A stretch of DNA of 34,041 nt from an uncultured Opitutales bacterium. GTDB taxonomy: Bacteria > Verrucomicrobiota > Verrucomicrobiia > Opitutales > UBA9783. Positions within the stretch are counted from its first letter, which is position 1, and every line of letters starts with the position of its first letter. The DNA lies in assembly GCA_964543635.1 (NCBI GenBank), contig CAZIZB010000001.1:1-34041 (forward strand), written 5' to 3'. Shown piece by piece: positions 27,608-34,041 of this stretch. Made by a program: the position numbers and the translations under genes. The notes beneath the pieces are model-generated. The model had not been told where the DNA came from. It searched no databases and saw only the letters and a program-made list of their open reading frames with translations.

Positions 27608-28381
27608 GTGAGTGCTATTATTATAAAAACAGGGGATGAAATTGAGCGGATGCGCGACGCAGGTCGTTGTGCCGCTGAAGTTTTGGACCTTGTAAAAACT
27701 CATGTTGCACCTGGGATTAGCACTTGGGATTTAGATCAATTGGCTAAGCAAACAATGGATAAATTGGGTGCAAAAAGTGCTGCGTTTGGTTATGGAGGTC
27801 CCAAAAATCCCTTTCCAAGCTATATTTGTATTTCCATTAATGAGCAGGTGGTTCATGGTATTGGAAGAAAAGACGTCGTTTTAAAAGAGGGCGATGTTGT
27901 AAGTTTGGATGTTGCTGTAAGTTATAAAGGTTTTGTTGGCGATAATACAGCAACGGTTGGTGTTGGTCCTTTAGAAAAGCCAGTGGAGAATTTGTTAAAA
28001 GTTACAGAAGAAGCTTTATATAAGGGAATTGAACAGGCGGTTGAAGGGAATCGCGTAGGGGATATTTCTTGGGCGATTCAGTCGCACGGTGAAAAACATC
28101 GTTTGGGGGTTGTGCGTGAATTGGTGGGTCATGGTGTGGGTCGTTCTATGCATGAAGAACCGCAAGTTCCAAATGTCGGTTGTGCCCATAAGGGGCCTGT
28201 TTTGAAGGCTGGAATGACGATTGCCATTGAACCTATGTTTACCTTGGGTTTGCCTGTTTTACGCACCTTGGATGACGGTTGGACGGTTGTTACGCGTGAT
28301 GGACGTTGCAGTGCTCACTTCGAACACACCATTTTAATTACAAAAGATTTACCAGAAATATTGACAATTGTAAAAAAATAA
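27608..28381 (+). CDS. map: type I methionine aminopeptidase
   Basis: 257 aa, GTG start with AAGGA 5 nt upstream. ...IKTGDEIERMRDAGR..., ...NEQVVHGIG..., DVAVSYKGFVGDN, GHGVGRSMHEEP, FEHT. Confidence 0.96.
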   Translation: MSAIIIKTGDEIERMRDAGRCAAEVLDLVKTHVAPGISTWDLDQLAKQTMDKLGAKSAAFGYGGPKNPFPSYICISINEQVVHGIGRKDVVLKEGDVVSLDVAVSYKGFVGDNTATVGVGPLEKPVENLLKVTEEALYKGIEQAVEGNRVGDISWAIQSHGEKHRLGVVRELVGHGVGRSMHEEPQVPNVGCAHKGPVLKAGMTIAIEPMFTLGLPVLRTLDDGWTVVTRDGRCSAHFEHTILITKDLPEILTIVKK

Positions 28382-28422
28382 CTCAATTTGATTAATCATA
28401 AGTAGAAAAAGAAGAAAAAATT

Positions 28423-28800
28423 ATGCCACGTTTACTTGGAGTTGAAATACCTGGAAATAAAAAATTGGCTTATTCATTGCGGTATATTTACGGCATTGGT
28501 TTAACGCGTGCGATGGAAATTGTTCAAACGACAGGTTTGGATCCCGATAAGCGTGCGCGTGACTTGAATGAGGAAGAGCTGAGTAAGATTACGGAAGCGA
28601 TTACGCGCGCAGGTTACAAAATTGAAGGTGATTTGCGCCGTGAGATTATTAGTAATATCAAACGTTTGCAAGCGATTCGTTGTTATCGCGGTTTGCGTCA
28701 TTTGAGAGGTTTGCCGGTTCGTGGGCAGCGTACCAGCACAAATGCACGTACACGTAAAGGTGCTCGAAAGACCGTAGGTGTTGTAAGCAATAAAAAGTAA
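28423..28800 (+). CDS. rpsM: 30S ribosomal protein S13
   Basis: 125 aa. [14 protein letters not shown]..., ...[28 protein letters not shown]... Confidence 0.98.
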   Translation: MPRLLGVEIPGNKKLAYSLRYIYGIGLTRAMEIVQTTGLDPDKRARDLNEEELSKITEAITRAGYKIEGDLRREIISNIKRLQAIRCYRGLRHLRGLPVRGQRTSTNARTRKGARKTVGVVSNKK

Positions 28801-28812
28801 TAAGTGATTGTT

Positions 28813-29325
28813 ATGGTTGAAGATTTGAAAAAAGAAGAATTGAATGCGGCCGAAGGTGCTATAGAGCAGGTTGCTGAAAAAGCAAATGTTGCGGTTGAGA
28901 AAGAGACTGCGGAATCTTTGTTGGCACAAGAAGGTCTAGAAGGTGGTTTGAAGATCAAGCGTGCCAAAGGAAGTAAGAATGTTACAGTGGGCGTTTGTCA
29001 TATTTTAGCTACGTTTAATAATACGAAGGTTGTGTTTTCGGATCCTAAAGGAAATGTGCTTTCATGGTCAAGTTCGGGACGTTGTAATTTTAAAGGTTCC
29101 CGTAAATCGACAGCTTATGCGGCTCAAGTTGTAACAACGGAAGCTGCTAAGGTTGCTATGGGACATGGTTTGCGCGAAGTTGCAGTTGAAGTTAAAGGAC
29201 CAGGAATGGGACGCGATGCGGCTATTCGTACCTTGCAAACTTTAGGTTTGTCTGTTTCGGTTATTAAAGATGTGACTCCGGTGCCACACAATGGTTGTCG
29301 TCCACCGAAGCGTAGAAGAGTTTAA
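28813..29325 (+). CDS. rpsK: 30S ribosomal protein S11 (start uncertain: GTG 28804, ATG 28813 or TTG 28948)
   Basis: The conserved core begins around ...[35 protein letters not shown]... and ends ...[17 protein letters not shown]. The open frame extends about 45 codons upstream of the usual S11 N-terminus. Confidence 0.93.
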   Translation: MVEDLKKEELNAAEGAIEQVAEKANVAVEKETAESLLAQEGLEGGLKIKRAKGSKNVTVGVCHILATFNNTKVVFSDPKGNVLSWSSSGRCNFKGSRKSTAYAAQVVTTEAAKVAMGHGLREVAVEVKGPGMGRDAAIRTLQTLGLSVSVIKDVTPVPHNGCRPPKRRRV

Positions 29326-29348
29326 TTAGTAAAGTTTGGAGTTTTAGT

Positions 29349-29954
29349 ATGCGTTATACAGGACCAACAACACGAATTAATCGTCGCTTTAAGATGGAAA
29401 TTTTTCCCATCAATAAAGCTTATGAGAGAAAACCTTATTTGCCAGGTATTCATGGAGCTCATTTGAAACGACGTGTTAGTGATTATTCGTTAGGGTTAAA
29501 TGAGAAGCAGAAGTTGCGTTTTATGTTTGGCTTGTCTGAGGCACAATTTCGCTTGACCTTTGAAAAGGCTAAGAAGATGAAGGGCGTTACAGGTGAAGTC
29601 TTTTTGCGTCTTTTAGAATGCCGTTTAGATAATATTGTTTATTTATTAGGTTTTGGAAAAACACGTCGGGCTGCTCGTCAATTAATTAATCACGGACATG
29701 CTTACGTTAATGGTCATCGCGTAAATATCCCCAGTTATTCCTGTCAGGCAGGTGATGTTATTACGATTGGTGAAAAAACGTCTTCGCGTCAGATTGCTCT
29801 TCGTAGCTTGCATGCAAGTCAGGGACGTAATTGTCCATCTTGGTTGAGCTTGGATGAAGACAATTTGAAGGGAATGGTGGATCGGTTGCCTATTCGCGAA
29901 GAAATGGTTACAGGCATCGATGAACAGTTGATTGTTGAATATTATAGTCGTTAA
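29349..29954 (+). CDS. rpsD: 30S ribosomal protein S4
   Basis: 201 aa. MRYTGPTTRINRRF... S4 RNA-binding domain ...RLDNIVYLLGFGKTRRAARQLINHGHAYVNG... Confidence 0.97.
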   Translation: MRYTGPTTRINRRFKMEIFPINKAYERKPYLPGIHGAHLKRRVSDYSLGLNEKQKLRFMFGLSEAQFRLTFEKAKKMKGVTGEVFLRLLECRLDNIVYLLGFGKTRRAARQLINHGHAYVNGHRVNIPSYSCQAGDVITIGEKTSSRQIALRSLHASQGRNCPSWLSLDEDNLKGMVDRLPIREEMVTGIDEQLIVEYYSR

Positions 29955-29968
29955 TTTTTGGATTTTTC

Positions 29969-30973
29969 ATGGCTAAGCGATTAGGAAAGTTTGAATTACC
30001 CAATAGGTTGGTGCGTGTCGAGGAAACCGCAACGCCTACGTTTGCATGTTTCGTTGCAGATCCTTTTGAAAAGGGTTTTGGGCATACAATTGGAAATGCT
30101 TTGCGTCGAGTTTTATTGAGTTCAATAGAAGGTGCTGCAATAGCTTCTGTTAAAATAGAGGGGGTCAGTCACGAATTTCAAAGCTGTGATGGCATTTTGG
30201 AAGATGTAACGGAGATCGTCTTGAATTTAAAGAAGGTTCTTTTAAAAACTTCGAGTCGCGAGCCCGTTACTTTGCGTATCGATGTTACCAAGTTGGGGCA
30301 AGTCGTTGCTGGTGATATTGAGCCCAATGCAGATGTAACGATTGTTAACCCTAATCAAGTGATTTGTACTTTAACCCGTGAGCAACGCTTCCAAGCAGAA
30401 TTGAAGGTCGTTGTTGGGCGTGGTTATCGTTTGGCAGAAGATAATAAAACTGAAAATCAAGTTTTGGGCGTTATTCCGATCGATAGTTTGTTTAGTCCTG
30501 TTGTTGCCGTAAAATACGCAGTTGAAAGTACGCGTGTTGGTAAAATGACCGATTTTGACAAGTTGTTTTTGGAGGTTACAACCGATGGAAGAATTACCCC
30601 AGAAGATGCTTTGAAGGAAGCAACCGTAATTTTAATGCATCATTTAGAGTTGTTTGATCGGTTTACTTCTGAAGCTATCGAATTTGAGGATAAGAAGCGT
30701 GAAGCGGGTGAAGAACAAAATCGTTTGCGCAAGTTGTTGAACATGAGCGTTAATGAAATTGAGCTTTCGGTACGTGCAGCAAATTGTTTAAATAATGCAA
30801 ATATTTTAACAGTTGGTGAACTTGCGCGTAAGACAGAGGCTGAAATGTTGAAATACCGCAATTTTGGTAAAAAGTCATTGAATGAAATTAAGGCGAAGTT
30901 GGAACAATTAGGTTTGTCTTTGGGAATGAAAATCGACGAGCGTTTATTGGATACAACTTCAACGATTCTTTAA
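29969..30973 (+). CDS. rpoA: DNA-directed RNA polymerase subunit alpha
   Basis: 334 aa. NTD ...GFGHTIGNALRRVLLSSIEGAA... CTD ...IELSVRAANCLNNANILTVGELA... Confidence 0.98.
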   Translation: MAKRLGKFELPNRLVRVEETATPTFACFVADPFEKGFGHTIGNALRRVLLSSIEGAAIASVKIEGVSHEFQSCDGILEDVTEIVLNLKKVLLKTSSREPVTLRIDVTKLGQVVAGDIEPNADVTIVNPNQVICTLTREQRFQAELKVVVGRGYRLAEDNKTENQVLGVIPIDSLFSPVVAVKYAVESTRVGKMTDFDKLFLEVTTDGRITPEDALKEATVILMHHLELFDRFTSEAIEFEDKKREAGEEQNRLRKLLNMSVNEIELSVRAANCLNNANILTVGELARKTEAEMLKYRNFGKKSLNEIKAKLEQLGLSLGMKIDERLLDTTSTIL

Positions 30974-30986
30974 GAGGTAAATAATT

Positions 30987-31517
30987 ATGCGTCACGGAAA
31001 ACATCACTTTCAATTAGGAGTTAAGCAAGCACATCGTCGTTCTTTGGTGGCTAATTTGGCTTCGCAATTGTTTTTGCATGGAAAAATTAAAACTACAGTA
31101 GCTAAAGCTAAGGCTTTGAGACCTTTTGCTGAGAAAATCATAACCTTGGCAAAAAGTGCAGCTTTAGCTGAAAAACCAGAGCTTAAATTGCATTTTCGTC
31201 GTTTAGCGATTGCTCGTATTCGTAATGAAGCTGCTGTTAAAAAATTGTTTGATGAAACAGTACAACAATTTTTAAATCGTAATGGTGGGTATACTCGCAT
31301 TTATAAGTTGTTATCTCGTGTGGGCGATGCTGCACCTATGGCTTTGATTGAGTTTGTAGAAGCACCTGCTGAAAAGCGTCGTTCTTCTAAGAAAACATCT
31401 AAAAAAGCTAAGACTGAAACCGCAAAGAAGGTTGAAGAAGCTCCAGTAGAAGTAGCTGCTCAAGAAGAAGCGGTAGAAGTTTCGGCTGAGAAAACAGAAA
31501 AAACAGACGATAAATAA
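30987..31517 (+). CDS. rplQ: 50S ribosomal protein L17 (with a K/E/A-rich C-terminal tail of about 50 aa)
   Basis: 176 aa. MRHGKHHFQLG..., ...NGGYTRIYKLLSRVGDAAPMALIEFV, then a low-complexity tail. Confidence 0.97.
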   Translation: MRHGKHHFQLGVKQAHRRSLVANLASQLFLHGKIKTTVAKAKALRPFAEKIITLAKSAALAEKPELKLHFRRLAIARIRNEAAVKKLFDETVQQFLNRNGGYTRIYKLLSRVGDAAPMALIEFVEAPAEKRRSSKKTSKKAKTETAKKVEEAPVEVAAQEEAVEVSAEKTEKTDDK

Positions 31518-31540
31518 AATTTTTGAATAAAGGTTATACG

Positions 31541-32374
31541 ATGCATTATGCGGATGTTTTAACTTTTATTCAGGAACAATGGGGGTGTCATGATCTTTAT
31601 TGTTCAGTAGATTTTTCGTTAAAAGCATGGAATGAGGTAGCGGATCAAGCTCTTCAAGATAAACTTGAAGGCAAAAAAGGTTCGCTACCTTTTTGTGTAC
31701 GCTTGGTAGGGCAATCAGGTTCGGGTAAAACTTCACAATTATTACCTGCGGTATGTGGCGCTTTAGATGCTTGTGGAGTGCCTTATATTCGATTAGCTGT
31801 CCGAGATTTTGTGAAATATCATCCTAATTTGGAAAACATTCGAAAAACGTACGGCGAGGCTTTATTACGCGAAAAGACGAATGCATTTGCCTTAATGCTT
31901 TTGACGCTTGTTTTTGAAAAATTGGTGCAATTGCGTTTGCCTATTTTGTTTGAAGTTACCTTGCTTTCGCCTACTTATGAAGCCTTTATTCATCAGTGTT
32001 TGTGGCGTTACAACTATTTGTGTGATTATCAATGTTTGGCTGTTTCAAAAACACTTTCAGATCGGTGGATTTCGGAGCGCTGTGAATCGACTGGTCGGGT
32101 GGTTTTAGAAAAATCATCGCAGTTCTTTTTTGAAACCTTAAAGCCGGCTTTGGAAAGTTTGCGATCGTTTCAATTGCATAATCGAGTTTTGCTTTGGGAT
32201 TGTCAAAATACGGTACCGCTAGAGACGTCATTGGAGGCGGAATCCTTATGGCAGGACTGGGAAAGCTGTTTTGAATTATCTGCATCTTTGCCTCCAGAAG
32301 TTTTATTGAAGCACAAAATGGCGTTTTTGTTAGATTTTTATAAAAAGACAGATTTTGAAAAATTGAAAATTTAG
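31541..32374 (+). CDS. zeta-toxin/PezT-like P-loop kinase family protein (function unknown)
   Basis: 277 aa from ATG 31541, with AAAGG about 7 nt upstream (the track start TTG 31523 is less likely). Walker A GQSGSGKTS (nt 31709-31735). Then ...AVRDFVKYHPNLENI... and ...PILFEVTLLS..., paralleling zeta/PezT GGQPGSGKTS ... DNDTFKQQHPNF ... NLVIEGTGR. Confidence 0.65.
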   Translation: MHYADVLTFIQEQWGCHDLYCSVDFSLKAWNEVADQALQDKLEGKKGSLPFCVRLVGQSGSGKTSQLLPAVCGALDACGVPYIRLAVRDFVKYHPNLENIRKTYGEALLREKTNAFALMLLTLVFEKLVQLRLPILFEVTLLSPTYEAFIHQCLWRYNYLCDYQCLAVSKTLSDRWISERCESTGRVVLEKSSQFFFETLKPALESLRSFQLHNRVLLWDCQNTVPLETSLEAESLWQDWESCFELSASLPPEVLLKHKMAFLLDFYKKTDFEKLKI

Positions 32375-32376
32375 AA

Positions 32377-32405
32377 TTGACAAAGAGAGTTGAAGTTTTG
32401 ATTAT
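32377..32405 (+). promoter_or_regulatory. candidate sigma70-type promoter for tRNA-Asn and the downstream ORF
   Basis: TTGACA (32377-32382), 17-nt spacer, GATTAT (32400-32405). The tRNA starts 12 nt downstream of the -10. Confidence 0.5.
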
Positions 32406-32415
32406 TTAATTAGAG

Positions 32416-32491
<76 letters not shown>

Positions 32492-32499
32492 TTTTGCTT

Positions 32500-32862
32500 A
32501 TGAGGAAATTGTCGGATCGTTTTTTGAAAATCGTAAGCGAATTAAAACGTCAGCATCCGGAATATTTACCTAGTGTATATGGTTTTGTGTATTTAGCGCT
32601 CGATGCGGCTTGTCAAGGTTTGGGGTTAGAAGCCGGTCAGCACGTGACGGGTGAGCAATTGCTAAAAGAGGGTGTTGTTAAATTAGCGCGTCAGCAATGG
32701 GGGGATCTGGCGGTTGAAGTTTTGAAGTATTGGGGGGTTCATTCCTGTCAGGATTTAGCGATTATTGTGGAGCGCCTGGTTGCTTTTAATGTGTTTAAAA
32801 AGAATGGTTCTGAGTCCTTTAGAGGCTTTGATCAGGTGTCGATTGAAGAGCTTTTTGTTTAA
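32500..32862 (+). CDS. hypothetical 120-aa helical protein (possibly a PVC-restricted family; unverified)
   Basis: Open frame with native-looking codon usage. ATG 32500 lies 9 nt after the tRNA-Asn CCA. Sequence ...HPEYLPSVYGFVYLALDAACQGLG...HVTGEQLL...WGDLAVEVLKYWGV...DLAIIVERLV... Confidence 0.6.
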   Translation: MRKLSDRFLKIVSELKRQHPEYLPSVYGFVYLALDAACQGLGLEAGQHVTGEQLLKEGVVKLARQQWGDLAVEVLKYWGVHSCQDLAIIVERLVAFNVFKKNGSESFRGFDQVSIEELFV

Positions 32863-32900
32863 TATATTTCTCGGTTTTATTAATTTTACAAGGATTGCGC

Positions 32901-32930
32901 TTGACTTTTTTGCGCCGAGTTTTGCATAAT
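32901..32930 (+). promoter_or_regulatory. candidate promoter for the tRNA(CAT)-tRNA-Arg pair
   Basis: TTGACT (32901-32906), 18-nt spacer, CATAAT (32925-32930) directly preceded by TG. The first tRNA starts at 32946. Confidence 0.5.
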
Positions 32931-32945
32931 AAGTTTGTTATTTTA

Positions 32946-33020
<75 letters not shown>

Positions 33021-33027
33021 ATTATTT

Positions 33028-33103
33028 GGGGAAGTAGCTCAGTGGATAGAGCAGCGGTCTTCTAAACCGAAGGTCATGGGTTCGACTCCCGTTTTCCCCG
33101 CCA
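33028..33103 (+). tRNA. tRNA-Arg(TCT)
   Basis: 76 nt. Acceptor ggggaag/tttcccc. Anticodon loop ctTCTaa. T arm atggg-ttcgact-cccgt. G73 and encoded CCA. Lies 7 nt after the preceding tRNA. Confidence 0.93.
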
Positions 33104-33144
33104 TTTTGTTTTAGCCTGTTTTTATATTGATTTTAGTAAATAGC

Positions 33145-33172
33145 TTGCAATTTGTTTCGTGGGATTTATACT
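33145..33172 (+). promoter_or_regulatory. candidate promoter placing the TSS at or next to ATG 33179 (leaderless mRNA candidate)
   Basis: TTGCAA (33145-33150), 16-nt spacer, TATACT (33167-33172). The A of ATG 33179 is the 7th nt after the -10 hexamer. Confidence 0.45.
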
Positions 33173-33178
33173 AAAAGT

Positions 33179-33919
33179 ATGATTTGGAAAAAAACATCCC
33201 TTTTGCGGGATCCCGGTTTTTTGTTTGCCTTGGCGAACGCTTTATTGTTTTTGAATAAAAGTTTTGTATCTTTTGTAATTGTTATTTTGGCGCTTGGTTT
33301 TATTGTTTTTGCTAAAGTTTATGGTAAAACCTTGGAACGGCCGCATTCTTTTTTTCTAAAACTTGTTTATGAGATGGGAAAAAAGCCGTTTATGGGGTTA
33401 GAAGTTATTGGGTATGCCTGCTTTTGTGTGGCTTTTGTAGCAATGACCCAACAAGACTTTATTAGTTTTATGTGTGCATTTTGCTTTGGTTTGGCAAACG
33501 TTTTGTTGGCTATGCGGTTTAGTCCAAATGTTTTCGAATCCCAAGAAAATTGGACGAAGATTTTTAAAAAGGTAAGAGAGTCGTACTCATTGACACCTTT
33601 GTTTTTGGCTTTGTTACTGGAGCCTATTTTTTTGATTTGCTTGGGGTTTGTTCATGCAGGATTAGCGGCTGGCGATGAAAGTTTGTGGATTTTTCCGCTT
33701 ATTTGCTGGGTTATTTATTTGGTGTTTCGAAAAATGGATGCCAATCGAGTTGTTCCGCAAGGTTGTTTGTGCGTTTGTGCCCTGTGGTATACCTTGGTTG
33801 CCGGCCACCATGGGAAATGGATTTTAGCCCTTTCAAATTTATTGTGTACTTTGGCTTATCTAGAAATTGCATTGCAGGAACAGCGCGTTTTTTTAGCTAA
33901 ATTGGCGAAAAGGCGGTAA
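33179..33919 (+). CDS. hypothetical polytopic integral membrane protein
   Basis: 246 aa from ATG 33179 (the track start TTG 33152 falls inside the predicted promoter). At least 6 hydrophobic segments, e.g. FLFALANALLFL, FVIVILALGFIVFA, VIGYACFCVAFVA, FMCAFCFGLANVLLA, LFLALLLEPIFLICLGFV, IFPLICWVIYLVF, CLCVCALWYTLVA. Confidence 0.7.
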   Translation: MIWKKTSLLRDPGFLFALANALLFLNKSFVSFVIVILALGFIVFAKVYGKTLERPHSFFLKLVYEMGKKPFMGLEVIGYACFCVAFVAMTQQDFISFMCAFCFGLANVLLAMRFSPNVFESQENWTKIFKKVRESYSLTPLFLALLLEPIFLICLGFVHAGLAAGDESLWIFPLICWVIYLVFRKMDANRVVPQGCLCVCALWYTLVAGHHGKWILALSNLLCTLAYLEIALQEQRVFLAKLAKRR

Positions 33920-33938
33920 TAGTGTTAATCTTGAAGCT

Positions 33939-33964
33939 GGGTTTTACAAAAATCCTACTTTTTT
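33939..33964 (+). terminator. weak hairpin plus T6 run after the membrane-protein gene
   Basis: gggtttt (33939-33945) pairs with aaaatcc (33949-33955), loop aca. T-run at 33959-33964. The stem is AT-rich, so the prediction is weak. Confidence 0.3.
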
Positions 33965-33975
33965 CAATAAAACAA

Positions 33976-34003
33976 TTGACATATGAGGGTGGTAGGCTAA
34001 TCT
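33976..34003 (+). promoter_or_regulatory. candidate promoter for the terminal tRNA
   Basis: TTGACA (33976-33981), 16-nt spacer, TAATCT (33998-34003). The tRNA-like sequence starts at 34017. Confidence 0.45.
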
Positions 34004-34016
34004 TGTTTATGTTATT

Positions 34017-34041
34017 CGGGACGTAACTCAGTCTGGCTAGA
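34017..34041 (+). tRNA. 5' fragment of a tRNA (identity not determinable; C1 fits tRNA-Pro or an initiator-like tRNA)
   Basis: cgggacg (acceptor 5' strand), ta (positions 8-9), actc-agtctggcta-ga... (D arm with the conserved A14, GG and A21 pattern). The window ends inside the D stem. Confidence 0.5.

Noticed and set aside
28501-28967. Minus-strand ORFs 28501..28929 and 28698..28967
   Set aside because: They are antisense to rpsM and rpsK. They are shadow ORFs.
31908-32285. ORFs 31908..32108 (+) and 31986..32285 (-) inside the kinase gene, and 33685..33900 (+) inside the membrane-protein gene
   Set aside because: They are nested in alternative frames of longer, better-supported ORFs.

Overview
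This is a low-GC (roughly 40%) bacterial chromosome segment. It consists almost entirely of the conserved translation/transcription superoperon, all on the + strand. The order is tRNA-Thr, tuf, tRNA-Trp, secE, nusG, rplK-rplA-rplJ-rplL, rpoB-rpoC, rpsL-rpsG-fusA, then the S10, spc and alpha ribosomal-protein clusters (rpsJ through rplQ) with secY and map. EF-Tu carries an ...[15 protein letters not shown]... switch-I variant that I associate from memory with Planctomycetes/PVC bacteria, so a PVC-group origin is plausible (inference only). rpmD, adk, infA and rpmJ are missing from their usual slots. Several proteins have terminal extensions: S11 (N-terminal), L17 (C-terminal) and SecY (C-terminal). 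Only the two ends of the window are not housekeeping. The left end holds a tRNA-Arg(CCG) 3' fragment, two small same-frame minus-strand ORFs, a stand-alone hexapeptide-repeat transferase, and a 542-bp non-coding gap with a 14-bp perfect inverted repeat. The right end holds a zeta-toxin-like P-loop kinase directly after rplQ, tRNA-Asn, a 120-aa helical protein whose ATG lies 9 nt after the tRNA, tRNA(CAT) plus tRNA-Arg(TCT), a polytopic membrane protein, and the start of another tRNA. I saw no CRISPR array, transposase, integrase or recognisable defence system. The best candidate for something undescribed is the kinase / tRNA-Asn / small-protein arrangement after rplQ, but the evidence that it forms a functional system is weak. 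Most of the window is ordinary.
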